Shown here piece after piece: positions 46,831 to 57,446 of a DNA stretch of 64,000 nucleotides. Made by a program: the position numbers and the translations under genes. Under the pieces are notes generated by a model. That model did not search any database, was not told where the DNA came from, and worked only from the letters and a program-made list of their open reading frames with translations. This DNA comes from Bdellovibrionales bacterium RIFOXYD12_FULL_39_22 (GTDB lineage: Bacteria; Bdellovibrionota; Bacteriovoracia; Bacteriovoracales; Bacteriovoracaceae), in assembly GCA_001770205.1 (NCBI GenBank), contig MEQL01000037.1, positions 1-64,000 of the forward strand, written 5' to 3'. Every line of letters begins with the position of its first letter. Position 1 is the first letter of the stretch.

Positions 46831-47766
46831 TTATTTTTCTAGTTGGCGATTGTTACTTCGTGCTAATCCATATACTCCAGCTGGGAGAATCCGTTCGTCG
46901 TTGGAATGAATAAGACCGATGTCTCCAGATGTGATGTTAAATTTCCAGAAATTACTTTTTAAAACATTGCGCAATGCCTGATGCTGAACTCCAGGTGTAT
47001 GAGTGGTAAGCAAGAAAAAAGATTTTTCCGGGCGTAAAATAGTGGACGATAATTTTAATAATTCAAAAATATGTTCTTCAAAAATCCATTTTTCTTTTTT
47101 GATTCCGTGTCCCCAACTTGGGGGGTCTGCCAATATGCCATCAAATTGTATTTTTTTTCTGGCCGCTGAACGAATAAAGTTCATCACATCATCATGCTGC
47201 CAATTGATTTTATGCTCTGGAATAGAATTTAATTTTTGATTTTCCTCACCCCAAGATAAAACCCCTTTGGCACTATCAACATGAGTTACCTCTGCTCCCA
47301 AATTGGCCATTACGATGCTTGCACAACCTGTATATCCAAAAAGGTTTAAAATTTTTGGATTCTTTGTACCACTTGCTTGTAGTGTAGAGACTAATGTTTG
47401 CAGCAAGGACCAGATGGCCTCTTGTTCAAAGAATACTCCGCAATGGCCAAAGGTAGTGAGTTGAATAGAAAAACGCAGTTCTTTTTTTTCTCCAGCGCTT
47501 GGCCATCCAACGGAGAGATTGGCCGGGACTTCCCTTAAATGTTTCCAAATTCCGCCGCCATCTTTTTTCCGAATAGATATACTGGTGGCCAAAGACCATT
47601 CAGACTTTGCTTTGCGAATTGGCCAGATAGATTGTGGTGATGGACGTTCAACAATAATCTGGGAAATGCGCTCTAATTTTCTCTCGTTGCCACTATCAAT
47701 CAATTGATAGTCTAGGCAGTTTCGGGCAAGAAGTTCTGATGGTGTTGTCCAATCTATTTCATTCAT
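46831..47766 (-). CDS. Class I SAM-dependent methyltransferase (RlmI/RlmK-like, short form)
   Basis: YQLIDSG..KLER, FGHCGVFFEQ, LNLFGYTG, HVDS, ADPPSW. ATG 47766 overlaps the upstream stop. Confidence 0.85.
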   Translation of the reverse strand: MNEIDWTTPSELLARNCLDYQLIDSGNERKLERISQIIVERPSPQSIWPIRKAKSEWSLATSISIRKKDGGGIWKHLREVPANLSVGWPSAGEKKELRFSIQLTTFGHCGVFFEQEAIWSLLQTLVSTLQASGTKNPKILNLFGYTGCASIVMANLGAEVTHVDSAKGVLSWGEENQKLNSIPEHKINWQHDDVMNFIRSAARKKIQFDGILADPPSWGHGIKKEKWIFEEHIFELLKLSSTILRPEKSFFLLTTHTPGVQHQALRNVLKSNFWKFNITSGDIGLIHSNDERILPAGVYGLARSNNRQLEK

Positions 47767-49136
47767 TGATGTTCCTTCGAAGCATCGATAATTTGACAAA
47801 TTATGGCCTTAAGATAATTACCTTGAGGGAAGTTGGCCAGCGTTGGATGGTCTAGTGAATGCCCACCATGGGCCAGCGTTTTTAAGTGGCAGCTATTTTT
47901 TTGGGCCGCATTGGCCACTATTTGTGTTAAATCACTCTCGGAAAGATGTTGAGAGCAAGAACAAGAGATAAAATATCCGCCAACTTTTACTTTAGAGAGA
48001 AGCGAGTTGTTTAATTGTTGATAAGCACTTTTTCCGTTGTAGTAATCGTTACGATTTTTAATTAATGCTGGAGGATCACAGATGACAATATCAAATTTTT
48101 CCTCTGCCAATGTTTCAAGAAGTTGTGAATTTTTTTTGATAATATCACTTTTAATTATTCGGCATTGGCCACCAGCGCGCAATACATTGGCGTAGGCCAA
48201 ATCCAGGGCAGAGGCAGAAGAGTCGACCACCGTTGCGATTACTTGATGGCGCAAATAAGTTAGATGATGGGTTAGTTGAGTGGACCACTGTCCAACATAG
48301 GAAAACAGGTCTAGTATTCTTATTGGGGAGGTGTCATCAATTCTTGAAGAAAAATTTAAATTTTCCAAGAGGAGTGAAATATTGTGATATTGATCAAGAA
48401 AAAAACCAGTCTTTTGTCCTCCCTGTAGATCAACTGAAAAAAGTAGATAGTTGTTATTATTTTTCGATGCCGATTTAATTTTAATCGAAAAGGTAGATAA
48501 GCTTGTTGGACAGTTTTTTAAAATGATAGCTTCTTTTTCTTCTTCATTTTCACTTATTTCTTTAGCTGGTAATCCCTCTAGTTTTCTGGCCAGAGCATCG
48601 TTTTTTAAAATAACAAAACTCTTATCCCAGGAGCGAGAGGTATATTTATTCAGTCGACTGAGGAATGTCTCGAGTATACCAGACATTGATGGGAGTAATT
48701 GATCCATTGCGGCCGTTGAGGCCTGAATAGAAAAACATTGATAATCATCTTCTAAAACAAAACAATCGATTACTAATCCGGGCAGAGAGTCTGCCTCGGC
48801 AAAACAGAGTCTATGACTATATTCCAAAAAATTATCTTTAAAACGTCTATTGGCCGCCGCAACTAACTTATCGATCACAAAACTGGCCAGAGTTTCGCTG
48901 CTGTTTTTAAAGTCACGGGGCGAGCGTGATAGCTGGCGAAAAGCAATTTGTGAAAAGGCGTTGGTAATTCCATGGCCCAAAAACTTTTCCTTTTCATCAA
49001 CCAATTCGACGATAGCACCAGGCGGAGTGCCGTTTACGCCTTTAATTATGTCGCCGATGAAGACCCAAGGATGTCCGGATAAAAAATGTTTGGCACCTTT
49101 TTTTGATGCGACCCAACGTTTTACTACAGTGCTCAA
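47763..49136 (-). CDS. RlmI-like rRNA m5C methyltransferase with N-terminal PUA domain
   Basis: GHPWVF, EADSLPGLVID, GQKTGFFLDQ, LDLFSYVG, CDPPALIK, SCS, DHP, YLK. Confidence 0.88.
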   Translation of the reverse strand: MSTVVKRWVASKKGAKHFLSGHPWVFIGDIIKGVNGTPPGAIVELVDEKEKFLGHGITNAFSQIAFRQLSRSPRDFKNSSETLASFVIDKLVAAANRRFKDNFLEYSHRLCFAEADSLPGLVIDCFVLEDDYQCFSIQASTAAMDQLLPSMSGILETFLSRLNKYTSRSWDKSFVILKNDALARKLEGLPAKEISENEEEKEAIILKNCPTSLSTFSIKIKSASKNNNNYLLFSVDLQGGQKTGFFLDQYHNISLLLENLNFSSRIDDTSPIRILDLFSYVGQWSTQLTHHLTYLRHQVIATVVDSSASALDLAYANVLRAGGQCRIIKSDIIKKNSQLLETLAEEKFDIVICDPPALIKNRNDYYNGKSAYQQLNNSLLSKVKVGGYFISCSCSQHLSESDLTQIVANAAQKNSCHLKTLAHGGHSLDHPTLANFPQGNYLKAIICQIIDASKEHQ

Positions 49137-49211
49137 AAAGATCCCCTTTAACTATTATTATTTCATTGCTTGAAAAGTGAATCAGAAAATTATATTACAA
49201 TCAGAACAAGC

Positions 49212-49991
49212 ATGGAACAAAACTTTTTTTTAATCTCAATCTTACTTTTTTTTGCCGGCCTATTTGCTGGTTGGATTGATGCGATAGCGGGAGGTGGTGG
49301 ACTAATCACATTACCTGTTCTTTTGCATGCGGGGATACCTCCGGCCATGGCCTTAGGAACGAATAAATTTCAATCTAGCTTTGGTAGTCTAACTTCATCG
49401 TATCAATTTGTACGAGCAAAAAAAATTAATTTGAAAGAGATTATTCCCGGGATTGTTTGTACGGCACTAGGCGCCCTTGCTGGTACGACAGTGGCCCGTA
49501 CCATTAGTTCACAATTTTTATCCAAAATCATTCCACTTTTGATGCTCTTAATTGTTGGATATATGCTGCTTGCCCCGAGACTGTGGCCTACTGGAATGCA
49601 GAATCTTTCAATGCCCAAGATAAAATCACGAAGGCCTTTTTGGTTGTTCACTATCGGGGGCGTCGTTTTAGGATTTTACGATGGCTTCTTTGGGCCAGGC
49701 ACTGGTAATTTCTGGGCATTCTCGCTGATGGCCTTTGCTGGCCTTAATTTAGTTGACGCTACTGCCCATACTAAGATTTTTAATTTTACTAGTAATATCG
49801 TGGCATTCTTCCTTTTTGCTATGGCCGGGAAGGTTCTTTATTCCATGGGGTTGGTAATGGCGATAGGGCAGATAATTGGCTCCCGAATAGGTGCTAAAAT
49901 GGTAATTAATCGCGGGCCAAAGTTTATTCGGCCAATTTTTATTACGGTAGTAGTGGTGTTAGCGCTGACTCTTGCATATCGCAATGTTTGA
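49212..49991 (+). CDS. TSUP (TauE/SafE, YfcA-like) transporter
   Basis: AGWIDAIAGGGGLI, ALGTNK, GFYDGFFGPGTG. Start moved to ATG 49212. Confidence 0.9.
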   Translation: MEQNFFLISILLFFAGLFAGWIDAIAGGGGLITLPVLLHAGIPPAMALGTNKFQSSFGSLTSSYQFVRAKKINLKEIIPGIVCTALGALAGTTVARTISSQFLSKIIPLLMLLIVGYMLLAPRLWPTGMQNLSMPKIKSRRPFWLFTIGGVVLGFYDGFFGPGTGNFWAFSLMAFAGLNLVDATAHTKIFNFTSNIVAFFLFAMAGKVLYSMGLVMAIGQIIGSRIGAKMVINRGPKFIRPIFITVVVVLALTLAYRNV

Positions 49992-50091
49992 TATCCAATA
50001 TGTAGAGATTACTTTGTTCATTTACAGTTATACGAGTTTCTGTTAATAAGGTCAAAATATTGTCAAATTCTTGAATATTTAAGGAGGGTCT

Positions 50092-52728
50092 ATGAGATAT
50101 CTTGCAATTCCTATTATATGTTGTTTGTTTTTTGCTACGGTTTCTTGTTCGGGAGGAGGCCCAAAGGTGCCAGGATCACAGTCCGGGCAAGATGCTCTTA
50201 ACCAATTATCTGTTACGCACCGTTCAAATTTTGAAAATTGGAAAGCTAGTATCAGTAAGTCGTGCAACGCCATAGAAGCGTTTAGTTCATCAAGTGTCGA
50301 TTCGGGAAGTTCTAATGGTTTGGATGTTATTGCTTTGTTGAATAAAAATAATAACTCCTTTGTTTTTTCAGATGAAGATCAGTTTGCAATACTTTCTAAT
50401 TACAATACGTATTTAGGTATGGAAACTTCAACTTTTGAAGAGAGCACAGAAATAAATGGGCACACCTACAAGATACGTGCAGAAGCGAGACGCGATGGTT
50501 CTACTTGTACGCTGTCTCTTTTTGGAAAAAAGATTTATGAGACCTATGTCGTTGCAAATTTCGGTATTGGGTATGAATCTTCTGTGGACAAGAAGATATT
50601 TTCGAAAGTTTCCGCTCCCGTCGTGCGTAATTTAGGAAAAAATGGACAAGCTGAAATAGATGGGGATGGGATCTTTAATTTAATTAGAGAGACACTAAGG
50701 CCAAGAGAATTGGCGGTTAAATTCATTGGTGAAAAATTGGGATTAGATTTAAGTTCGGCAAAGCAATTATTTTTTGTCGCTGATTATCCAAAGAATGAAT
50801 TTATAGCAAAAATTTCGGAGGACGAGAATGCTGTGTGGTCAAGTCTTTGGTCTGGTAATATTATTTCTCAGCGGTCTGTGTTAGAAAAATATTTTGAAAG
50901 TTATAATTCATCGATTCCGCTAGAGGTTCTAGTTCCGATTCCTGCTTTTGAGTTTATGCAAGTATCTAATAAATCGGATGTTGGAAATTTTAAATTACAT
51001 TTAATTGCTAGAATGTCTGCGAAAGAACAAGTTCATACTTATGAACTAGAACGGTTTGAAAATAAAGGGATAGAATTGTTTAATAAACATGAAGCCGAAA
51101 AATGTGCAGTAGATAGATTATTTGCGTATCTTTCAGATGATAGCAACTATCGTGGAGAAATTCGGCCATCAGTGGAATTGATGATGCAACCTTGCCAAGT
51201 TATTTTTTCAAATATTCGCGAAGAGGCATATGCCAGTGGTTTCTACAAAGACAACATAGCACATGTTTTTGCTGGTATTATTCCTTCGGCCAGATTTAGT
51301 TATGGAGAGTGGGATGATGTTTTAGCTACATTGGCAAAACAATCCATGGCCGCCGAAGTTGATCCCAAAGAAGATCTTGATCCTTCAGGAGTAACCCAAA
51401 TTATTCCGAGTATATCTGCACAGCTATATTCTATCGAAGATGAAGTGAAGAAAACAAAGAATATGAAACAATTTAAAGAGCAGCTTTATAATATGGGGAT
51501 GGGATGGGTTTTTACCGGTACACTTGTTGATGAAACAAGATTAGAAAATATTATTCAATCTTTAGATCCCGCCGGGGATATTTTCACTAACTCGGTAAGA
51601 GGAGTTATTTCTTCATTTGACCAATACAGCGGCCGAAGTGAAGCACTGCTTGCGTTTGCATCTGGCATTGATGAAGAATACAAAGAAGAAGCTCAAAAAG
51701 CGCTCAGGTTGTCTCAACAGTTAGAATATGTGGGTTTTGAAACAGAGGTATTTAATCAGATTATTCAAAAACAAATTTCGATAGAAGAGTTGAAAAAATG
51801 GAATGTTAATTTTTCTACAATAAACAATGAGATCAGCAAATATAAAAACTTAAACAAAGTAAAAGGGCAATTGGTTGCAGCAACAGTCAATGGGCTAAGA
51901 AGTGGCGAAGTTCGTCCGTCGGATTTGAAAGGATATTATGCTTCTTTAAATAATGTTGTGGCCACCTTCTCAGAGAGTTCTTTGCGCCTAATTGGTGATC
52001 TTGAAAGATCATTTTTAGAAAGCAAACCAGCGCTAGATTTTGCAAACACTGTTACAGAAAAATATAAACAGTTGGCCCAGGCGATCTTAAAAAACTCAAA
52101 GGCGGCCGAATTTGAAGATTGGGGAAAAGACTTTTTTGATACTATTTTGCAGAAACGTCCCACATTAGATCAATTGAAAAAATGGAATGGTTTATGGATT
52201 TCAACACTGGCCTTTGTAAAAAGAGATAGTGCCAGGGTTGATATGGTCACCGAAATGAGAAGTAAGTGGGCCCGCGAAGAAATAGTTCAAATTGCGATTA
52301 ATGAAGAGTGGGGAGAGCAGGATTATCGTTCATTGGAAGCTATTTCTGCATTAGCAGTTAATAAATTCATGTGCGATAATCTAAAGGATGCTAGCGGACG
52401 CGCCAGTTGCGCGGGCCTTGATTCTTTTAGTAATAAACCGAAAAAGTTTTTTGATCCTGAATTTAAAAATCGCTACACAGCTTTAGCAAAAAAATTTAAT
52501 GGATATATGAAAATCTTGACTGGGTTCGAATTATCTTCGCTGCGCTCAGAGTTAATTGATAGTTTTTTTGGTTATCCTATTTGGTCGGAGTGTGACAATG
52601 CAGCATTTGCAAAAAAAGAAGTTTTGCTGGATAAACAAGTTAAGGCAATTGCTAAAATAGAAGATGTATTTAGACGTTGGGATTTGGAGCGGCAAATAGG
52701 AGAAACGCTCAGCAATTGTAGTAACTAA
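50092..52728 (+). CDS. Large hypothetical lipoprotein with an internal ~128-aa duplication
   Basis: AAGGAGG RBS, lipobox TVSC; two helical repeats each ending LKKWN. Confidence 0.75.
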   Translation: MRYLAIPIICCLFFATVSCSGGGPKVPGSQSGQDALNQLSVTHRSNFENWKASISKSCNAIEAFSSSSVDSGSSNGLDVIALLNKNNNSFVFSDEDQFAILSNYNTYLGMETSTFEESTEINGHTYKIRAEARRDGSTCTLSLFGKKIYETYVVANFGIGYESSVDKKIFSKVSAPVVRNLGKNGQAEIDGDGIFNLIRETLRPRELAVKFIGEKLGLDLSSAKQLFFVADYPKNEFIAKISEDENAVWSSLWSGNIISQRSVLEKYFESYNSSIPLEVLVPIPAFEFMQVSNKSDVGNFKLHLIARMSAKEQVHTYELERFENKGIELFNKHEAEKCAVDRLFAYLSDDSNYRGEIRPSVELMMQPCQVIFSNIREEAYASGFYKDNIAHVFAGIIPSARFSYGEWDDVLATLAKQSMAAEVDPKEDLDPSGVTQIIPSISAQLYSIEDEVKKTKNMKQFKEQLYNMGMGWVFTGTLVDETRLENIIQSLDPAGDIFTNSVRGVISSFDQYSGRSEALLAFASGIDEEYKEEAQKALRLSQQLEYVGFETEVFNQIIQKQISIEELKKWNVNFSTINNEISKYKNLNKVKGQLVAATVNGLRSGEVRPSDLKGYYASLNNVVATFSESSLRLIGDLERSFLESKPALDFANTVTEKYKQLAQAILKNSKAAEFEDWGKDFFDTILQKRPTLDQLKKWNGLWISTLAFVKRDSARVDMVTEMRSKWAREEIVQIAINEEWGEQDYRSLEAISALAVNKFMCDNLKDASGRASCAGLDSFSNKPKKFFDPEFKNRYTALAKKFNGYMKILTGFELSSLRSELIDSFFGYPIWSECDNAAFAKKEVLLDKQVKAIAKIEDVFRRWDLERQIGETLSNCSN

Positions 52729-53627
52729 TCTTTTTTTCCAAACCGGCGTACAAAGTCACAGCGTTGACATAAATCCTCTACCAGTACGTTGTGTTCGAAT
52801 CCTCTTTTAATTGCCTGTGCACGTGAGGAGTTTATGATGGAAAATAAACTCCTCTGCAGGCAATTTCCCAAGTTAATAATTCCACCAACATCTAAGCAGC
52901 AAGGGACCACGCTACCATCGGCCAAAATTCCTATTTGATCACGCATCCCATGACACCTGCCGTATGCGCCTAAAGGGCGATCTTCGAGATTGGGCCATTT
53001 GAATCTGGAATCAAAATGAAGATAGATTTGCGGAGCTATTTTTTTTGATTTAACCATTTTCACATCCACATTGCGAGAAATTTTTTGGCCATAAGCGCGT
53101 TCCAATAAGGCCAATAGAACTTCATTGTGTTGGCCATTTGATTGTTGAGGATGCAAATTCCAGAGGCGATAATTAACATAAAGATGAGGATTAATAGTTA
53201 ACTGTTTTGACGTCAGTGTTATTATATTATTTAGGTAGTTTTTAAGCAGATCAATGTTTTTGTCCTCAGGGCCATCTAAAACAGCTTGTAGCGAATAATT
53301 AATTTGGCGAATGATTGGTGATAGCAAGGCACTTTCTTTAAATTTAGAAATAAGTAATCCATTTGTAGTTATTTGTACTGCCGTCTGATAGTGCTCACAT
53401 ACTTTTATGACCTCTTCAAAATGAGGATGTAGTAGCGGCTCCCCCAGCATGTGCAAAAAAACTTCTTGGCAGAGATCTTTTGCTTGTTTAATTATGGCCG
53501 TAAAATTATCAATAGACATGATTTTGGCCGGTGAATTTATTTGATCAGCGGCCGGACAGAAAGAGCAGCTTAGATTGCAACGATTAGAAATTTCAATGTA
53601 AATTTTCCGTAAAAGTTTTTTCTCCAT
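52725..53627 (-). CDS. Radical SAM protein with SPASM/twitch domain
   Basis: CNLSCSFC, GEPLLHP, TTNG; C-terminal C...DGSVVPCC..GN...CQRC. Confidence 0.9.
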   Translation of the reverse strand: MEKKLLRKIYIEISNRCNLSCSFCPAADQINSPAKIMSIDNFTAIIKQAKDLCQEVFLHMLGEPLLHPHFEEVIKVCEHYQTAVQITTNGLLISKFKESALLSPIIRQINYSLQAVLDGPEDKNIDLLKNYLNNIITLTSKQLTINPHLYVNYRLWNLHPQQSNGQHNEVLLALLERAYGQKISRNVDVKMVKSKKIAPQIYLHFDSRFKWPNLEDRPLGAYGRCHGMRDQIGILADGSVVPCCLDVGGIINLGNCLQRSLFSIINSSRAQAIKRGFEHNVLVEDLCQRCDFVRRFGKKD

Positions 53628-53656
53628 AAAGTTACTGTAAATGCTGATACACTAAA

Positions 53657-54481
53657 CTAGACAATATCAATTATTGTTTTAACTAAAATAAAAACAAGTA
53701 GACCTAAAAAAAGATACTCGGCACTTTTTTTAGAAATGCGATTGCTTAGGGATGCCCCGAATTGAGAGGCAATGGCCGCTCCAATAGATAAGGCCAACAC
53801 AATGAGGAGGTTTACTTGTCCCATTTGAAAATTATCTAGGATTTTTAATGGAAAATTGTTTTCTACTGGAGGAGAAAAAAAAGAATAGGTGATTACGGCC
53901 GCGAAGCAACTAACCGCCATTGCCACATTGGAGTAAACGGGAATCCAGCGATAGGGCATTTTCAAAAAAGAGATAAAAAAGGGAATGATGATTATCCCAC
54001 CTCCAAGTCCGGTAATGCCGGAGATCAGTCCAGCGATAAACGCAGGCGGGATCATTTTTATAAGCGCGATGGCATTTAAGTCATCTGCAAAAGATTCGTT
54101 GAGATTGTCTGCGTGGCGTTTGCCGCGAATAATTTTTTTAAAAAGAGAGAAGGCGACTAATAATGCAAAAATAATTTTTATACTCGTGCCAGAGAGTAGA
54201 TTAATCAAATGCCCTCCGGCAACTGATCCCACGAGCATGGCCAAGGCAATAATGGATATTAATTTAAAATTTGGAATCCGTCCGCCGCGAACAAAGGTGA
54301 TGGTGTTAATAACAGAGTTAAAAAAAATCATGGTTAATGAGGAACCAATAATGGTTTGAGGGGCTGTGCTAGGAAAAATATTATATAGGGCCGGAATGGT
54401 TATTATTCCCCCCCCGATTCCAAAAAAAGAAGAGACAAAACCGACAAGAAGGCCTGTTAAAATTAAAATTGTAAAAATCAT
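53657..54481 (-). CDS. TSUP (TauE/SafE) transporter
   Basis: Duplicated GFVSSFFGIGGG / GLISGITGLGGG motifs; about 8 TM helices. Confidence 0.88.
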   Translation of the reverse strand: MIFTILILTGLLVGFVSSFFGIGGGIITIPALYNIFPSTAPQTIIGSSLTMIFFNSVINTITFVRGGRIPNFKLISIIALAMLVGSVAGGHLINLLSGTSIKIIFALLVAFSLFKKIIRGKRHADNLNESFADDLNAIALIKMIPPAFIAGLISGITGLGGGIIIIPFFISFLKMPYRWIPVYSNVAMAVSCFAAVITYSFFSPPVENNFPLKILDNFQMGQVNLLIVLALSIGAAIASQFGASLSNRISKKSAEYLFLGLLVFILVKTIIDIV

Positions 54482-54557
54482 TTCACTTTACCTTTTATCT
54501 ACCTATGATAGTGTAGTTACCTTAGTAATGACGTTGTATGAAAAACAAGGATAGCAT

Positions 54558-55619
54558 ATGGAATTCTTATACGCATTTATAAAATATCTAGTAATCACAG
54601 CTCCATTTTTGTTGTTTGGATTTGGTATTGCTGGAATCATTAACGCAGTTGTTTCCATGGAATATATCAAAAAAAACCTAGGAGGTAGTGGGGTGTGGCC
54701 AATTATCAAAGCGGCCATTTGGGGTGTTCCCCTTCCACTTTGCTCTTGTTCGGTAATCCCCACTGCGGTTACGTTAAAAAAAAGTGGTGCTTCTAACGCA
54801 ACAACTTCTGCCTTTTTAATTTCTACTCCGGAATCAGGAGTAGACTCTATTGCAATTACCTACTCGTTAATGGATTTACCGATGGCCATCATTCGGCCAG
54901 TCTCTGCTTTTGTCACAGCATTTATCGCCGGAATATTACAGAATATTTTCAATAGAACTAATGATAATGCTGAAACAGAAAAACCTGAGAAAGAATCTTG
55001 TGGTTCTTCCTGTTGCTGCAGTGAAAAAAAGACTCCACCACCATCCACTTCGATTTTTGAAAAAATAAAAAGTGTATTTACATTTGCCTATGGGACACTG
55101 ATTGATGATATGGCCGGTTGGTTACTTTTTGGGTTAGTGGTTGGTGCGGCCATTGACTATTTAATTCCGGTTCATATTATTGAAAATTTTAACGGTATCG
55201 GGGGGAAATTTGCTATGTTGCTCGTGGGGATTCCTCTGTATATTTGCGCTTCTTCCAGCACCCCCATTGCTGCCGCCCTTATGCTTAAGGGGATGAGTCC
55301 AGGGACGGCGCTTATTTTTCTTTTAGCGGGCCCGGCCACTAATATATCCAGTTTGATTGTTATGCAAAAATATATCGGACGCAAAGGTGTTATAATAAAT
55401 GTTGCAACAATTGCCATCGTGTCATTAATAATCTCGATCATTGTTGATTTTCTATATGAGTTTTTTACATGGCCAACGACCTATAATATTGCGGCCCATG
55501 AACATATGGGCCATGGAGAGTTTTCGTATGGAGAAATTGCCATGGCAACGATTTTATTCCTGCTGCTTTTAAAAGGGATCTATATGGCAAATTTTAAGGG
55601 TGGAGAAGGAAAGAAGTGA
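54558..55619 (+). CDS. DUF318/ArsP (SO_0444-type) metal permease
   Basis: GVPLPLCSCSVIP, FLISTPESGVDS, GIPLYICASSSTP, LLAGPATN; Cys-rich loop. Confidence 0.88.
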   Translation: MEFLYAFIKYLVITAPFLLFGFGIAGIINAVVSMEYIKKNLGGSGVWPIIKAAIWGVPLPLCSCSVIPTAVTLKKSGASNATTSAFLISTPESGVDSIAITYSLMDLPMAIIRPVSAFVTAFIAGILQNIFNRTNDNAETEKPEKESCGSSCCCSEKKTPPPSTSIFEKIKSVFTFAYGTLIDDMAGWLLFGLVVGAAIDYLIPVHIIENFNGIGGKFAMLLVGIPLYICASSSTPIAAALMLKGMSPGTALIFLLAGPATNISSLIVMQKYIGRKGVIINVATIAIVSLIISIIVDFLYEFFTWPTTYNIAAHEHMGHGEFSYGEIAMATILFLLLLKGIYMANFKGGEGKK

Positions 55620-56362
55620 AGGTTTTCATCACAGGCGGAACTTCTGGAATTGGATTGGCGCTAGCGATAAAATATTTGGATCAGGGGTACAAAGTCGGAG
55701 TTTGTGGTCGAGATCTTTCAAAGGTACCGACGGCCGTAATTGAAAAGTATAATAACAATTTATCTCTTTTTCAAGTCGACGTTACAAGCAGAGAGGAGTT
55801 GAAATCATCAATTGCCAAATTTGCTGAGGGGCGATTAGATATTTTAATTGCTAGTGCTGGCATATCTATCCCGCACAAAAAGACATTACCTGATTTTGAC
55901 CGTGCTCATGCAATAATTAACACGAATGTACTGGGATTATTAAATAGCTTTGAGGCCGCCTTAGAGGTTATGTTGCCAAATAAAGGCGGCAAGTTAGTGG
56001 CCATTGCATCGGTTGCCGGAATGATTGGCGTTCCCAGGGCCGCGGCGTATTGTGCTTCCAAGGCAGCTGTTATAAAATTTTGTGAATCTCTGACAGTTGA
56101 TTTATTGCCAAAGGGAATTAACGTTATAACAATTGCTCCTGGATTTATTGATACTCCGCTTACTCAACAAAATAATCACCCACTTCCTTTTGTTATTGAT
56201 TCTTCCACGGCCGCCGAAAAAATTTATGTTGCCATTGAGAATAATATTCCGCTTTACATTTTTCCAATTCCAATGAAAATATTGATATATTTTTTATATT
56301 TTTTACCACGATGGTTATATCGAAGGTTTATGATGTTTATCCAATGGGGAGGAGAGTCATGA
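55616..56362 (+). CDS. Short-chain dehydrogenase/reductase
   Basis: TGGTSGIG, SAG, YCASK, PGFIDT. Confidence 0.9.
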   Translation: MKVFITGGTSGIGLALAIKYLDQGYKVGVCGRDLSKVPTAVIEKYNNNLSLFQVDVTSREELKSSIAKFAEGRLDILIASAGISIPHKKTLPDFDRAHAIINTNVLGLLNSFEAALEVMLPNKGGKLVAIASVAGMIGVPRAAAYCASKAAVIKFCESLTVDLLPKGINVITIAPGFIDTPLTQQNNHPLPFVIDSSTAAEKIYVAIENNIPLYIFPIPMKILIYFLYFLPRWLYRRFMMFIQWGGES

Positions 56363-56625
56363 AAATTACGCTAGTAACTATTTTATTATCAATCATTATC
56401 TTGAGTGGTTGTGATTGCCCTGTTTTTTCATCAAATGATGAGAGTGGCCTGAAAGCGACCACAACAGTTTCTCAAGCGTCTTTTGATTTAGATAAATTAG
56501 AGAAGGGCCAAAAGGCCGAGAATGCAGCTGATGATTGTGAAATCAAAGACAAAAATAAAATAGATCTTGAGGCCAACAAACCATTTAAGCTACAAGGAAA
56601 CGATGGTGGCTGTGAAACCAAATGA
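56359..56625 (+). CDS. Small hypothetical lipoprotein
   Basis: GGAGGAG RBS, ATG 56359, lipobox LSGC; 4-bp overlaps on both sides. Confidence 0.7.
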   Translation: MKITLVTILLSIIILSGCDCPVFSSNDESGLKATTTVSQASFDLDKLEKGQKAENAADDCEIKDKNKIDLEANKPFKLQGNDGGCETK

Positions 56626-57431
56626 GTAATCTTAAATCAGGTTCCTATGATCATATAATCTTAGGGCATTATAAGAAGGTGGCAAAAAATAATGGCCTTG
56701 ATGGACGCTCTTCAATCGAAGATCAATATATTCGTAAAAGTGAATTGGAATGCCTATCTGCCGAGATTGAAATATTACAAAAAATTCATAAAAAAGAATT
56801 AACTGTTCTTGATGTTGGTTGTGGTAATGGCCATACCTTGGCCACTGTTTCACAGAGATTTCCTGGGTGTATGTTTTATGGATTAGAATTTTCGCCAGAC
56901 CTTTTTCAACTGGCCACATCTCGAAAAATTCCCAATGTGGAAATTATTCATCACGATTGTCGGCAAGAAATTCCTTTTAATGTTAATTTTGATTTAATTT
57001 ATACCGAGCGAGTTATTATCAACATACTGAATCGAAAGGATCAATATATTGCGGTTGATAATATTAGCAAAAGACTATCGCCCCAGGGAAGATATTTGGC
57101 CATGGAGAGTTTTCGTGAATCTTTGGTGGAGTTAAATTTGGCGCGAAGAGAGATGTGCTTGGAAGATGTTTCTCCCTCTAAGCATAATCTTTTTTTGAGT
57201 GAGCATTTTGCTAATAAGCTGGAGAGATTTGGCCTTCACCGTATTCCAACAGCGATGCCCTTTAACCATATGTCGACTCATTTTTATGTAACGCGAGTAT
57301 TTCACAAGGCAATTCGTCCAGAGGGTGGAAAAGTAAAGTTTTCCCGAATGGCACAATTTTTTACGGAAGCGCTTCCTCCGGCAATTGGAAATTACTCGCC
57401 TATTCAATTTCATCTTTTTGAGAAACGATAG
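56622..57431 (+). CDS. Class I SAM-dependent methyltransferase
   Basis: VLDVGCGNG motif I, GLEFS, FDLIY, LSPQGR. Confidence 0.85.
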   Translation: MSNLKSGSYDHIILGHYKKVAKNNGLDGRSSIEDQYIRKSELECLSAEIEILQKIHKKELTVLDVGCGNGHTLATVSQRFPGCMFYGLEFSPDLFQLATSRKIPNVEIIHHDCRQEIPFNVNFDLIYTERVIINILNRKDQYIAVDNISKRLSPQGRYLAMESFRESLVELNLARREMCLEDVSPSKHNLFLSEHFANKLERFGLHRIPTAMPFNHMSTHFYVTRVFHKAIRPEGGKVKFSRMAQFFTEALPPAIGNYSPIQFHLFEKR

Positions 57432-57446
57432 AAAGGAGATTTTGCA

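Noticed and set aside
55616..56362. SDR as the missing AcbN cyclitol reductase
   Set aside because: About 9 kb from the cluster, inside an unrelated coupled operon, with generic SDR features.
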